From an uncultured Bacteroidales bacterium (lineage in GTDB: Bacteria; Bacteroidota; Bacteroidia; Bacteroidales; FEN-979): DNA of 28,856 bases. The stretch's first letter is position 1; each line of letters opens with the position of its first letter. The notes beneath the pieces are model-generated. The model worked only from the letters and a program-made list of their open reading frames with translations. It searched no databases and had not been told where the DNA came from. The stretch lies in contig CAIWTA010000113.1 of the NCBI GenBank assembly GCA_903915465.1, positions 1-28,856 of the forward strand, written 5' to 3'. Both the position numbers and the translations under genes were made by a program. Positions 9,701 through 17,463 of this stretch are shown piece after piece.

Positions 9701-12700
9701 ATGACTGGTCCTATGAATCTGGTCACCCGAAAGAGTCTCTTTTTCTTTCTGTTAAGTTTTTTCAATCTTTTTTCAGGTTCTTCCTTTGCGCAGCGATCTG
9801 TAAGAATTGATGAGAATACTTTTGGTGATATTACGGCCCGGCAACTCGGACCTGCAGCCATGAGCGGGCGTATTTCCGCAATTGATGCCGTTGATAAAAA
9901 TCCCGGTATTGTGTACGTGGGAGCGGCCAGCGGCGGTTTGTGGAAGTCAAAAAACTGGGGTACAACATTCAAGCCCGTTTTTGATAAATACAACCTTTCG
10001 ATTGGAGCAATTACCATTGATCAGAATCATCCGGATACGATCTGGGTGGGAACCGGTGAGGTGTGGGTCAGAAATTCCACTTCTGCCGGAGATGGAATTT
10101 ACAGGACAACAAACGGCGGTGAAACCTGGAAAAAGATGGGACTGGAAAAATCTGAACGCATCGCAAAAATCATCATCCATCCTAAAAACCCCGATCTGAT
10201 TTATGTTGCTGTTCCTGGTAATTTATGGAATTCAAGTTCCGACAGAGGATTGTATAAGACGTCCGATGGCGGTAAAACCTGGGATAAGATCCTTTATCTG
10301 GATGAAAACACGGGTTGTTCAGATGTGGCTATGGATGTTCAGAATCCGGATATCCTTTTTGCGGGAATGTGGGAATTCCGGCGTACACCCTGGTCATTCA
10401 GTTCAGGAGGAAAGAGCAGCGGTTTGTACCGTTCATCAGATGGTGGCAAAACCTGGTCGAAAATCACAAAAGACCTCCCGGAAGGAATGGTTGGAAGGGT
10501 AGCCCTTTCAGTTTCGCCTGTGAAATCAGATATTGTTTATTCACTCATCGAAGCAAAAAATTCAGCCTTGTACCGTTCCGGAGATAAAGGAATTGGCTGG
10601 AGCAAAATATCCGAATCTCAGGCAGTCGGCGATCGTCCATTCTATTTTTCCAACCTGATCACTGATCCGGTTGATACGAACATTCTTTATAAACCAGGTT
10701 TTATGTTGTATAAAAGTTCGGACGGCGGAAAAACATTTGGGTCTGCAGCTGTGGAAGGAGGAAATTATCACAGTGATTGTCATGTTCTTTATATCAGTAA
10801 AAAAGACAACAATTTCATTTATCTTGGAACCGATGGTGGTGTTTATTTGTCATTGGATAAAGGAAATACCTGGAAGTTTCTCCGCAATCTTCCGGTTTCA
10901 CAATTCTATCATGTAAGCACTGATATGGCTGATCCGTTTAATGTTTACGGAGGATTGCAGGACAATGGATCATGGTACGCACCATCACAGGTTGCGGGTG
11001 GAAATTCTAATTCCGACTGGAAAAGTGTCGGGTTTGGAGATGGTTTTTATGTTTATTGCGATAAACTTGATTCAAGCATTCTTTACTGGCAGTTCCAGGG
11101 AGGGAAAATTGCCAGGTATTACAAGAGATCAGGAGAATATAAATCATTGATGCCCTTTAAGGACGATGGCTCCCAGGATCTTCGCTTCAACTGGAATACA
11201 CCTTTGATTTTCAGCCCTGCCAGCAATAATTTTTATACCGCATCACAATACCTGTATAAATCATATAACCGTGGTGATTCCTGGTGCAGGATTTCCCCGG
11301 ACCTGTCAACAAATGATCCGAAAAAGCTGAAACAGGAGACTTCCGGCGGCCTGACTGCAGATAATTCATCGGCCGAAAATCATTGTACGATATATACTGT
11401 CAATGAATCTCCATTAGACAGCCTGATAATATGGGCTGGCACGGATGATGGGAATCTCCAGGTAACTACGGATGGCGGAAAAACGTGGAACAATGTCGTT
11501 ACCAATATTTCCGGTCTTCCCCGGTCAACTTGGTGTTCTTATGTTGAACCGGGAAGATTTGACAAGAATACGGTTTATGTTACTTTTGACGGACACCGGT
11601 TGGGTGATAAAACGCCCTATGTTTTTACCAGCAAAGACCTTGGCAAGACATGGAAAGCATTGGCCGACACTTCGATCAAATCCTGGTGTCATGTCATAAA
11701 AGAAGACCTGGTAAATCCTGATCTGCTTTTTCTTGGAACAGAAACCGGATTGTACATTTCACTCAACGGCGGTAAAGACTGGGCGCACTTTAGTGGCAAT
11801 TTGCCGCATGTACCCATCATGGATATGACGATTCATCCGCGGGATCATTCATTGGTTGTGGCCACTCACGGACGGGGCATTATGGTGATTGATGACCTCA
11901 AGCCGTTGCGGATGTTATCGGATGAAATACTGAATGCAGATTTGAAATTTCTGGATACAAAAGATTATATCATCCGGGACGAAATACCGGGGCAGGGCTG
12001 GAACGGAGATGATGAATACACCGGGGAGATGACCAGAGAAGCCGCGCAGATCGTTTACTTCCAGAAAAAGAGACATGTTTTTGGCGAGATGTATATGGAG
12101 ATTTATGATAAAGACAATAAAATGATCCAACGGCTTCCGGCAGGAACGCGCAAAGGGATCAATGTTGTTTATTGGACTATCCGGATGAAACCACCGAAAG
12201 TTCCGGTATCTCCGCAAATTGAAGGATCATCCATGATCGGACCCAATTATCCGGCCGGAGAATACACTGTCAAGCTGCATAAGGGAACAGAGGCCTTTGA
12301 TACGAAGATCCGGATAGCTTTCAATCCCAAATCCAGCCATTCAGTTGCAGATCAGGAAACCCGGCAGAATGCGCTGATGAAAGCTTACCATCTGATGGAA
12401 AAGCTTGCCTGGCTCGATCGCGTGGCAATATCTGTCAGGGATACGGCAAAGCATCGATCCGGTGGCGTTTCGAAATCACTTGCCAGAAGACTTCATGAAG
12501 CTGAAACCTGTATGGATAGCCTCCATCAAAAGATGGTTGTTGTGAAAGAAGGAAAAGTTGTGAATGACGAACGGTTACGGGAAAAGGTCGGCTTTATTTA
12601 CGGTTCTGTCATGAGTTACAAAGGTAAACCAACGGATTCGCAACAAAGCGGACTGATCTCACTGGCAAAGGAAGTTGACAAAATCAATTCCGAAATTTCT

Positions 12701-12805
12701 GCTTTTAAGGAACATGAACTTCCGGAACTCAACCGTACTTTATTGAAGAACGGAAAAAAAGAAATCCCGATGATTACCGAGGAAGATTTTTTGAAGGAGA
12801 AGTAA
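9701..12805 (+). CDS. Secreted BNR/Asp-box repeat beta-propeller protein, sortilin/Vps10-like or GH74-like 'glycosyl hydrolase, BNR repeat', 1034 aa.
   Basis: Signal peptide 'LFFFLLSFFNLFSGSSFAQ'. At least 10 Asp-box motifs (S/T-x-D-x-G-x-T/S-W): 'TTNGGETW','TSDGGKTW','SSDGGKTW','SGDKGIGW','SSDGGKTF','SLDKGNTW','NRGDSW','TTDGGKTW','SKDLGKTW','SLNGGKDW'. Starts 4 nt after the previous gene, so probably an operon. Confidence 0.75.
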   Translation: MTGPMNLVTRKSLFFFLLSFFNLFSGSSFAQRSVRIDENTFGDITARQLGPAAMSGRISAIDAVDKNPGIVYVGAASGGLWKSKNWGTTFKPVFDKYNLSIGAITIDQNHPDTIWVGTGEVWVRNSTSAGDGIYRTTNGGETWKKMGLEKSERIAKIIIHPKNPDLIYVAVPGNLWNSSSDRGLYKTSDGGKTWDKILYLDENTGCSDVAMDVQNPDILFAGMWEFRRTPWSFSSGGKSSGLYRSSDGGKTWSKITKDLPEGMVGRVALSVSPVKSDIVYSLIEAKNSALYRSGDKGIGWSKISESQAVGDRPFYFSNLITDPVDTNILYKPGFMLYKSSDGGKTFGSAAVEGGNYHSDCHVLYISKKDNNFIYLGTDGGVYLSLDKGNTWKFLRNLPVSQFYHVSTDMADPFNVYGGLQDNGSWYAPSQVAGGNSNSDWKSVGFGDGFYVYCDKLDSSILYWQFQGGKIARYYKRSGEYKSLMPFKDDGSQDLRFNWNTPLIFSPASNNFYTASQYLYKSYNRGDSWCRISPDLSTNDPKKLKQETSGGLTADNSSAENHCTIYTVNESPLDSLIIWAGTDDGNLQVTTDGGKTWNNVVTNISGLPRSTWCSYVEPGRFDKNTVYVTFDGHRLGDKTPYVFTSKDLGKTWKALADTSIKSWCHVIKEDLVNPDLLFLGTETGLYISLNGGKDWAHFSGNLPHVPIMDMTIHPRDHSLVVATHGRGIMVIDDLKPLRMLSDEILNADLKFLDTKDYIIRDEIPGQGWNGDDEYTGEMTREAAQIVYFQKKRHVFGEMYMEIYDKDNKMIQRLPAGTRKGINVVYWTIRMKPPKVPVSPQIEGSSMIGPNYPAGEYTVKLHKGTEAFDTKIRIAFNPKSSHSVADQETRQNALMKAYHLMEKLAWLDRVAISVRDTAKHRSGGVSKSLARRLHEAETCMDSLHQKMVVVKEGKVVNDERLREKVGFIYGSVMSYKGKPTDSQQSGLISLAKEVDKINSEISAFKEHELPELNRTLLKNGKKEIPMITEEDFLKEK

Positions 12806-12999
12806 ATCTCATCACTACCCACACACGCTTCGTTCTGCTTTTTCCTTTCCCTTACCTGTCTCCCGGTAATCCCTATTACAATGCTCGTCCATAATACGCC
12901 GAATACTTGACATACGAAAAGTATTTATTAAAAATGAGAAAGATCATTCATCAGTGCCAAATTAAGTTGAATGATGAAACGAGGCCCCTTTCAAATTTT

Positions 13000-14553
13000 T
13001 CAATAGATTGGGTTCGGAATTTTCTGATAGGTTGGGTGTAATGGTGGTTTCTCCCCAAAATAAGTTGGCGGAACAAAGTGGATCCAAAGTTCCATCGTGT
13101 TCATATCCATTATTACTGACTGCATTGTTGTATAGGCAGCCGAAATTCCCTTAACGCCGGTTCCGTCTTCAAGTGCGGATAAAGGATCAGATTGGTTCCA
13201 CACTTGCTGCATTTCAGAAGTGAAAATCGCCCCCTGGCTCATTTTGCCGTCGCTATTCGGTCCCGAATATCCCGTAATAGATTTCAGCGTCTCAATATCA
13301 ATACGCTGCCCGAAAGGAACGTCCGCATATTTGTCTCTGAAAGAGGTCCAGCGCGTTGTGTTTTCAAAGTTCAGACTATCCCAGTCATTGTCCGGTAGGC
13401 GAAAATCGTTAACGGCGGCAAAGATACCGGGAATTCCCCAGGTCTGATCCGGTGTCAATCCGGGGTTCAGCGCGGATGACGCTGTTCTGAAACTGCGATT
13501 TCCTAAGGCTCCTCCCGGGATATCGTTTACCTGATTTTCCACGACTCCTGCAGTTGCCGGATCGGCTAACAGTATCGCATGGTTGTACAAATAAAGATTC
13601 TTTGGATCTTTCATAAAATCAGATATTTGAGCAAGGGTAGAAAAATTCTCGAAAGCATAACGCAGGTCAAAAAACAAGGAACGCCGGTTTGCAAGATCTG
13701 ATGGATATAGGGTACCTGTTGTTGCATTGATAACCGCGCCGAATATTTTATGTTGGTTGAACAAGGTAAGGCCGTTTAACTGCCCCAGTGGACCGATATT
13801 GGTTATTGTCTTGCCACCGTTCTTATACGTGGTAATTGAGTGAAGATAAGCAATGCCATAACGCGCCATGCTGAGCCAGTCCCAGTTTCTTCCAACAATT
13901 GTGTTTCCTGTTGCAGACGCATTGCCGGTTGCTGCAGATGCAGAGCAGGATGACGGCCGCATGATTTCTGAAAACAGCTGGTAAATCAAGAATTCATTCT
14001 TCGAGAGCCTCCCATCTACAAGTTTGTCTTCATCATATTTAAAAATATCCTGCATGCCCGCAATCTCATCTTTATAGTCATTATTGAGATTTTCATAGAT
14101 TATCTTTGCCCGCTCTTTGACTGTAGCAAACGTTAGTGGATTTGACGAATTCTCCAGCACAACCAAGTGCATTGCTAACAAAAAATCAATTGTCGCCTCA
14201 TAGTCCGGCATTGCTTGCCTGATGGCAATTGCAAACTGACGGCCCATCTCACGGTGTGAGATATTGGAATAATCCAGGGTAACGTTATAGTAGTTTCCCA
14301 TTTTCTGAATGGTGACCGGGTTATATCGGGCGATGTCGGTGCTTTTACGGCAACCCAACAGCGTAATCGCGACTCCTGCGATCAGCAAAGCTATACCCGC
14401 AAATTTTTTAATTTTCATATAGAGCACCATCCCCGGTTCGGATTCAATGGTGGTTTTCGGGTCTTCAAAAATTTGTTTGCCAAAGGCTTTGTCCTCATTC
14501 ATCTTGCCTATGATCTTCTCTTCAAAGCCCTTCCTGGTTTTGTTTGTTTCCAT
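13000..14553 (-). CDS. Ntn-hydrolase superfamily protein (C45 acyl-CoA:6-APA acyltransferase-like or C59 choloylglycine-hydrolase-like), probable lipoprotein. The true start may be the internal ATG at 14418.
   Basis: '...SCSASAATGNASATGNTIVGRNWDW...' resembles the nucleophile-Cys region followed by the 'GRN.D' motif of Ntn hydrolases. The internal 'MKIKKFAGIALLIAGVAITLLGC' is a textbook lipoprotein signal with a lipobox. A TAaaTTTG box (plus 14594-14601) lies 41 nt upstream of the 14553 ATG, so the start is ambiguous. Confidence 0.5.
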   Translation of the reverse strand: METNKTRKGFEEKIIGKMNEDKAFGKQIFEDPKTTIESEPGMVLYMKIKKFAGIALLIAGVAITLLGCRKSTDIARYNPVTIQKMGNYYNVTLDYSNISHREMGRQFAIAIRQAMPDYEATIDFLLAMHLVVLENSSNPLTFATVKERAKIIYENLNNDYKDEIAGMQDIFKYDEDKLVDGRLSKNEFLIYQLFSEIMRPSSCSASAATGNASATGNTIVGRNWDWLSMARYGIAYLHSITTYKNGGKTITNIGPLGQLNGLTLFNQHKIFGAVINATTGTLYPSDLANRRSLFFDLRYAFENFSTLAQISDFMKDPKNLYLYNHAILLADPATAGVVENQVNDIPGGALGNRSFRTASSALNPGLTPDQTWGIPGIFAAVNDFRLPDNDWDSLNFENTTRWTSFRDKYADVPFGQRIDIETLKSITGYSGPNSDGKMSQGAIFTSEMQQVWNQSDPLSALEDGTGVKGISAAYTTMQSVIMDMNTMELWIHFVPPTYFGEKPPLHPTYQKIPNPIY

Positions 14554-14782
14554 GATGGTTTTCCTTTGGTTTCTGAATATGGTTGTCCTTTGTCAAATTT
14601 ACAAAAGCCTACGGAAAGAATCATCAATAAATTACCGGAAAAAAGAAAAAGTCTGATTATTGTAATTATCAATACTTTTTTTCATCGCAAGGTTTGTTAA
14701 TCTTTCTTTGTGAATACCTATTCATTTTCTCCATTAAAGATTATACCCCTTTGTAGGTAAAAAAGTATTCAACCAATAAGAA

Positions 14783-14817
14783 AACCACCTACAACATCCA
14801 TGTTGTAAGTGGTTGAT
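14783..14817. other. Near-perfect 14-bp-arm inverted repeat (hairpin) flanked by A/T runs, terminator-like in both orientations.
   Basis: 'aaccacctacaaca tcca tgttgtaagtggtt' with one C/A mismatch, followed by 'gatttt' on plus and 'ttttctt' on minus. It lies ~380 nt downstream of the RES gene (minus) and upstream of the Ntn-hydrolase gene. Confidence 0.3.
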
Positions 14818-14964
14818 TTTGAAGTAGTCTAAGACAACTTGGCTTGTGGGAGTAAATGTGCAAAACGTAAAGTCTAAAACTTTGCATTGGTCGCGGTGGG
14901 AAAACCTATTGATGTGAAATGGTGAGATCTAAATGGCAAAATAGTCTTGCCATCTTGCATTTGT

Positions 14965-14983
14965 CGTGGGCCCACCTGGACTT
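14965..14983. repeat. 19-bp direct repeat 'gtgggcccacctggacttg', identical to 16378-16396 (the 3' end of the tRNA-Met gene). Putative attL-like remnant.
   Basis: Exact 19/19 match read directly from the sequence. 18 of the 19 nt are the 3' acceptor/T-arm end of the tRNA at 16379-16396. Confidence 0.7.
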
Positions 14984-15196
14984 GTTGAATCGGCAGAGGG
15001 GTGGTCAATTTGGATCGGCGAAGCCTGGTCAAGGAAAGCGTTTTTCCATCAGGAGTTGACTATTCTGGACTAAAACCGATACTTCCGGACAAAGGATGGT
15101 AGTCAGTTCAAATCGGCCGAGGTCGAGGTCAATTTATAAAGGATGAATGTGATCAATTTAACCCGTGTGTCTAAAAATAACCTATTGAAAATATTA

Positions 15197-15652
15197 TTAA
15201 TGAAAAAGCCTAGGATCAAAAAAATAGTCCTCATCCCTCACTCGTTGAACATTTGCAAGATAATCAGGATGTTCAGTGTTAATCACATAATTATATTCTT
15301 GTGAAATAATGACTGACGGAACTTTTAAAATTAAAGTTTCCTGATTATCATACCAATTGTCTCCTATTGTCTGTAGTCTTGGATAAGCAAATATAGTCCT
15401 CCAATCTGCTGGTAATTGGTTAATTTGAATTTGTCTGACTAATCTGTCGTTGTCTGCAATTGAAATTACAAGCACCCTATATGGAGCTGTTGGTGATATC
15501 GAACTTTTATGGACAATTAATTCTAATGTTGCTAAAGATCTTGAAGAACCTGCATAAATTACAAATCGCCCATCACTATTCCATCGGTTAGCTCTTCCAG
15601 ATGAAGTTAAGGCTCCAGCGTGTATAGCTGCACAAATTCGAAAGATTTCCAT
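15197..15652 (-). CDS. RES-domain toxin (MbcT/ParT-like NAD+-targeting toxin of RES-Xre TA systems), 151 aa.
   Basis: RES signature residues in context: 'GRANRWNSDGRFVIYAGSSRSLATLELIVH' (Arg and Glu) and 'LKVPSVIISQEYNYVINTEHPDY' (Ser). Its start is 3 nt downstream of the antitoxin stop. Confidence 0.85.
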   Translation of the reverse strand: MEIFRICAAIHAGALTSSGRANRWNSDGRFVIYAGSSRSLATLELIVHKSSISPTAPYRVLVISIADNDRLVRQIQINQLPADWRTIFAYPRLQTIGDNWYDNQETLILKVPSVIISQEYNYVINTEHPDYLANVQRVRDEDYFFDPRLFH

Positions 15653-15655
15653 TTT

Positions 15656-16099
15656 TCAGACATTATCCCCATATTCCATTGCTGTCAATCTATCAATAAC
15701 AAATCTTATCCCAGTTATTGTGTTAATGAAGCTAGTTGGTTTTTCGTTATTAAATATAAAATTTGGCATATTCAACCACCTATCAAATTCTTCATTTGAG
15801 CCAAAAACTCTATTTCCAAAAGTCATTAATCGTAACAAATAGATTATGTGTTCCTTAATATTGTCCTTAATTTGAGAATTTGTTTGCTTGTAATTACGCA
15901 AAGTTTTTTCATTAATATTCAGCCAACTTGAGATTGTTTTGTCATTAGACTTAGAAATCGATTTAATTGTATTGAGATAATCCTCTGTTTTCGCTTCTAT
16001 TCTTAGATATTTAAGAATATCAATATCACTAAACTTAGGAGAATCGAATTGATCTTCGATTTTCACTATACTTTGAGCTATCGTGCCTGAAGGTTTCAT
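15656..16099 (-). CDS. Xre-like DUF2384 antitoxin of the RES-Xre pair (MbcA/ParS-like), 147 aa.
   Basis: The C-terminal 'EEFDRWLNMPNFIFNNEKPTSFINTITGIRFVIDRLTAMEYG' matches the DUF2384 toxin-binding motif. It lies upstream of, and tightly coupled to, the RES gene on the same strand. Confidence 0.8.
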   Translation of the reverse strand: MKPSGTIAQSIVKIEDQFDSPKFSDIDILKYLRIEAKTEDYLNTIKSISKSNDKTISSWLNINEKTLRNYKQTNSQIKDNIKEHIIYLLRLMTFGNRVFGSNEEFDRWLNMPNFIFNNEKPTSFINTITGIRFVIDRLTAMEYGDNV

Positions 16100-16318
16100 T
16101 GTTTATAATTTGGGACACAAAGATAAGTAAAAATACCGCTCAAGTCAAGTAATTTTACCGCAAATCAAGTTAATGTACAGATTAAGAACAAATTAAAAAT
16201 ATTAATATTTTTCAAAAGAGTGGCAACACCAATTTTCAATCACCAAGGTTAAAGATAATAATAATAGCCAGAGGTAAATAACGAATGTAAGAGGATGAAA
16301 TACTGAACAAAAACGGAA

Positions 16319-16372
16319 TAAAAAAAATAAATCCACGAATCAACACACTGATTATCATGGATTTATTTTTTT
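16319..16372 (-). terminator. Symmetric A-run / hairpin / T-run structure just downstream of the tRNA 3' end. Candidate bidirectional terminator.
   Basis: 11-bp arms 'aaataaatcca' (16325-16335) and 'tggatttattt' (16358-16368), with an inner 'aatca...tgatt' pair in the loop. Flanked by 'aaaaaa' on the left and 'ttttt' on the right. Confidence 0.35.
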
Positions 16373-16378
16373 AATTTG

Positions 16379-16452
16379 TGGGCCCACCTGGACTTGAACC
16401 AGGGACCACCTGATTATGAGTCAGGTGCTCTAACCGACTGAGCTATAGGCCC
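16379..16452 (-). tRNA. tRNA-Met (anticodon CAU), 74 nt; elongator type. It could instead be tRNA-Ile2 (lysidine-modified CAU), which cannot be told apart from sequence alone.
   Basis: The reverse complement folds as a cloverleaf: GGGCCTA-TA-GCTC-AGTCGGTTA-GAGC-A-CCTGA-CTCATAA-TCAGG-TGGTC-CCTGG-TTCAAGT-CCAGG-TGGGCCC-A. The 7-bp acceptor stem has one G-U pair. The anticodon loop is CT-CAT-AA. The T-loop is TTCAAGT. Confidence 0.9.
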
Positions 16453-16606
16453 AATTCGAATTTCGATTTACGATTTCCGAATTTAGATTTTTACATTCCA
16501 CTATTATTTCACAGGAAATTAAAAGTAAGATGTAAAAAAGGAGTGCAAAATTATCGAAATAATCCCATTTTTGCAAAAAGTATTTTAATCTTAGCCCTCT
16601 CAGCTC

Positions 16607-17272
16607 ATGTATCGCCTCATTTCAAACATCGCCAATCATTCATCTATCAGAAATATCATCTTTGACTTTGGTGGCGTAATATGTGATATCGATATTGCAC
16701 GGACTGAGAAAAAATTCAAAGACTTCGGACCACTCAAACATGCAAATTCAAATCCATCCCATATCCAGGCACAGCAATTCAAAATCCTCGTTGAAAACCT
16801 GGAAACCGGGGCCATTTCTCCACCGCAATTTCGCGAGGCGATCAAACATCACTATGCAAATCCACCATCAGATCAGGCTATCGATGATACATGGAATGCC
16901 ATGCTTTTGAACATTCCTGAAAAGAGGGTTCGATTGCTGGAAAAGCTGAAAAGTCAATTCAGGATCTTTATTTTAAGCAATTCCAACCAGATCCATTACG
17001 AAAAGTATCTTCAGGATTTTCAACAGCAAACCGGTTATCACGATTTTAATGAATTAGTTGAAAAGGCCTATTTCTCTTACAAAATCGGATTGAAGAAACC
17101 GGGAAAAAAGATTTATGAATTCGTTCTTTTCAACAGCAGTCTGAATCCGGCTGAGTCTTTGTTCATAGATGATACGCTTGAAAATGTACAAGGAGCAGAG
17201 GCTGTTGGGATGAATGGATTCTATCTAAAAAACGGAACAGAAATCTGCAATCTTTTCTTGCCGATTCTTTAG
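16607..17272 (+). CDS. HAD-superfamily hydrolase (haloacid dehalogenase-like phosphatase), 221 aa.
   Basis: Motif I 'IIFDFGGVI' (DxG). The C-terminal 'FIDDTLENVQGAEAVGM' is the Mg-binding motif IV. Confidence 0.7.
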   Translation: MYRLISNIANHSSIRNIIFDFGGVICDIDIARTEKKFKDFGPLKHANSNPSHIQAQQFKILVENLETGAISPPQFREAIKHHYANPPSDQAIDDTWNAMLLNIPEKRVRLLEKLKSQFRIFILSNSNQIHYEKYLQDFQQQTGYHDFNELVEKAYFSYKIGLKKPGKKIYEFVLFNSSLNPAESLFIDDTLENVQGAEAVGMNGFYLKNGTEICNLFLPIL

Positions 17273-17406
17273 CTTTCGAAAACATCCTTTTCTCATCGCT
17301 CTTTGAACCGGGAAAATCTTCCTGAAAAACAACTGTTTTTTTATTCCAGGAATCAGTTCATGTACATTTTCGTAAATTCAAAATGACTGGGAAAGATAAC
17401 TTTCCC

Positions 17407-17437
17407 TTGACATTACGGGAAAATTGAATTACCTTTG
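17407..17437 (+). promoter_or_regulatory. Bacteroidetes sigma-A promoter for queA: 'TTGacattacgggaaaattgaattTAccTTTG'.
   Basis: TTG at 17407-17409, a 20-nt spacer, then TAccTTTG at 17430-17437, 27 nt upstream of the ATG at 17464. A perfect 7-bp hairpin 'gggaaag-ataa-ctttccc' (17389-17406) abuts the -33 element. Confidence 0.4.
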
Positions 17438-17463
17438 CCAGCCCGTAAAACCGGAAAAAATAT

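Larger units (their letters stand above)
14965..16396. mobile_element. tRNA-Met-associated mini genomic islet (~1.43 kb) bounded by the 19-bp direct repeat. Cargo is a RES-Xre toxin-antitoxin pair and no integrase, so it looks like a decayed integrative-element remnant.
   Basis: Direct repeats at 14965-14983 and 16378-16396. The segment is markedly AT-rich compared with its flanks. Its orientation fits integration at the 3' end of the minus-strand tRNA, with the element extending to lower coordinates. Confidence 0.45.

Noticed and set aside
12806-12999. Possible sRNA or terminator in the convergent intergenic region, an 8-bp inverted repeat 'atcattca...tgaatgat' around 12944-12976
   Set aside because: The stem is AT-rich, the loop is 18 nt, and there is no clear T-run. 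The evidence is insufficient to call.
14881-15136. Possible CRISPR array, from the short direct repeats in the noncoding stretch
   Set aside because: The repeats are degenerate, have irregular spacing and length, and are mostly adjacent rather than spacer-separated. No cas genes are nearby. They are better explained as att remnants or binding sites.
14965-16396. Calling this a complete, active integrative/mobilisable element or prophage
   Set aside because: No integrase, excisionase, transposase or replication gene is present in or adjacent to the segment. Only a remnant or in-trans-mobilised islet can be supported.
16379-16452. Initiator tRNA-fMet assignment
   Set aside because: Positions 1-72 are a normal G-C pair rather than the initiator mismatch, and the anticodon stem lacks the three consecutive G-C pairs. 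An elongator Met or Ile2(CAU) is more likely.
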